From Octopus vulgaris (Eukaryota): 64,000 bases of DNA. The DNA lies in contig OX597831.1 of assembly GCA_951406725.2 (NCBI GenBank), positions 16,802,001-16,866,000 of the forward strand. The letters are read 5' to 3'. The position numbers were made by a program, and so were the translations under genes. Shown piece after piece: positions 63,207-64,000 of this stretch. The notes under the pieces were generated by a model. That model did no database searches and was not told the origin of the DNA. It worked only from the letters and a program-made list of their open reading frames with translations. How positions within the stretch are numbered: the stretch's first letter is position 1; each line of letters begins with the position of its first letter.

Positions 63207-63757
63207 GCTCTGATGCTGTACCAGCCAGTGGCTCTGATGGCCTCTGATCTCAACTGATTGGAAGTGTTATCATGTACATTGTTTTGTCTTGGTATAAAAG
63301 ATGGGCTACAGCAAATATTCTGCTCACTACCACAGATTTGCTTGCCAGTTGTTTGCCTTTAACCAGTTGAGCATGTCTCTTAGTGTGACCATATGTGCAT
63401 CTCTGATCGCGGGTAGAAGTAGTGGGGAGCATTATAGCCATGTGTTGAGAGGGATTCTTTGGGGTTTGAATAATTCACCTCTGGAAACATGGGTGATTTT
63501 TTCAACATCCTTAAACAACCCTTATTCAGGGACCGTTTGAGCAGGATGGGTTACTCAAACTGAAGAAAATTCTAACTGGGCCCCACCTGCAAGGTCATGT
63601 ACTGTTTATCTTGATAAGAGATCACCATGTCGCGCACATATGGTTTTAATGCATGTGCCTGGTGTACACTTATCAGACGGGTAGTCATGATGTGTACATT
63701 GGGCTTCGTATATTTTACCCCAGTGACACTGTGATGGCATGATCTGCTCTCTCACTC
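63204..63757 (+). mobile_element. Non-coding ~550 bp insert bounded by (AAT)n on both sides (putative non-autonomous element or long 3' UTR)
   Basis: Higher GC than the flanks, no TE protein motifs seen, ends CTCTCTCACTC directly before (AAT)n. Confidence 0.5.
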
Positions 63758-63779
63758 AATAATAATAATAATAATAATA

Positions 63780-64000
63780 TAGTATGGCATGGATCGATTA
63801 CAGAAACACGTTTGATAGCATCCCCCACACATTGATCCTCGAAACACTAGCCATTAACAAAGCAGCACCAACAATTATAGAATATATTGGAGACTCTAAA
63901 AAAAAAGACAAACATTGCTACAGCTCCTACGAAAAGAGGAACTCATGAAAAACCAAAGTCATTTCCATTGGAAGAGGAATATTCCAGGGAGAAACGCGCT
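63780..64000 (+). mobile_element. Start of another 5'-truncated family C Dong element, running off the window
   Basis: Collinear with 18155-18370 (SMAWIDY...GIFQG). Confidence 0.85.

Overview
AT-rich eukaryotic, repeat-dominated DNA. The microsatellite and SINE content resembles a cephalopod or other mollusc (inference only). About 19 pieces of restriction-like-endonuclease (RLE) non-LTR retrotransposons of the R4/Dong type dominate the window. They belong to at least 3-4 families told apart by their C-termini and 3' UTRs, all lie on the + strand, and almost all are stacked head-to-tail inside (AAT)n microsatellites (1-20.8 kb, 28.2-32.1 kb, 45.5-48.2 kb, 56.5-64 kb). No copy has an intact ORF. 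A ~6.18 kb block is tandemly duplicated at 0.24-12 kb, followed by a ~1.8 kb pure (AAT)n run. Between the arrays lie relics of CR1-like, RTE, L1/Tx1, Tc1/mariner and Penelope elements, tRNA-derived SINEs, and several hammerhead-ribozyme motifs. I also find candidate spliced exons of host genes for secreted cysteine-rich proteins that the ORF track misses: a signal-peptide exon at 40.9 kb, a Cys exon at 50.3 kb and a phase-compatible Cys exon at 21.3 kb. Most low-complexity ORFs in the track are microsatellite artefacts. All calls come from manual reading; no searches were run.
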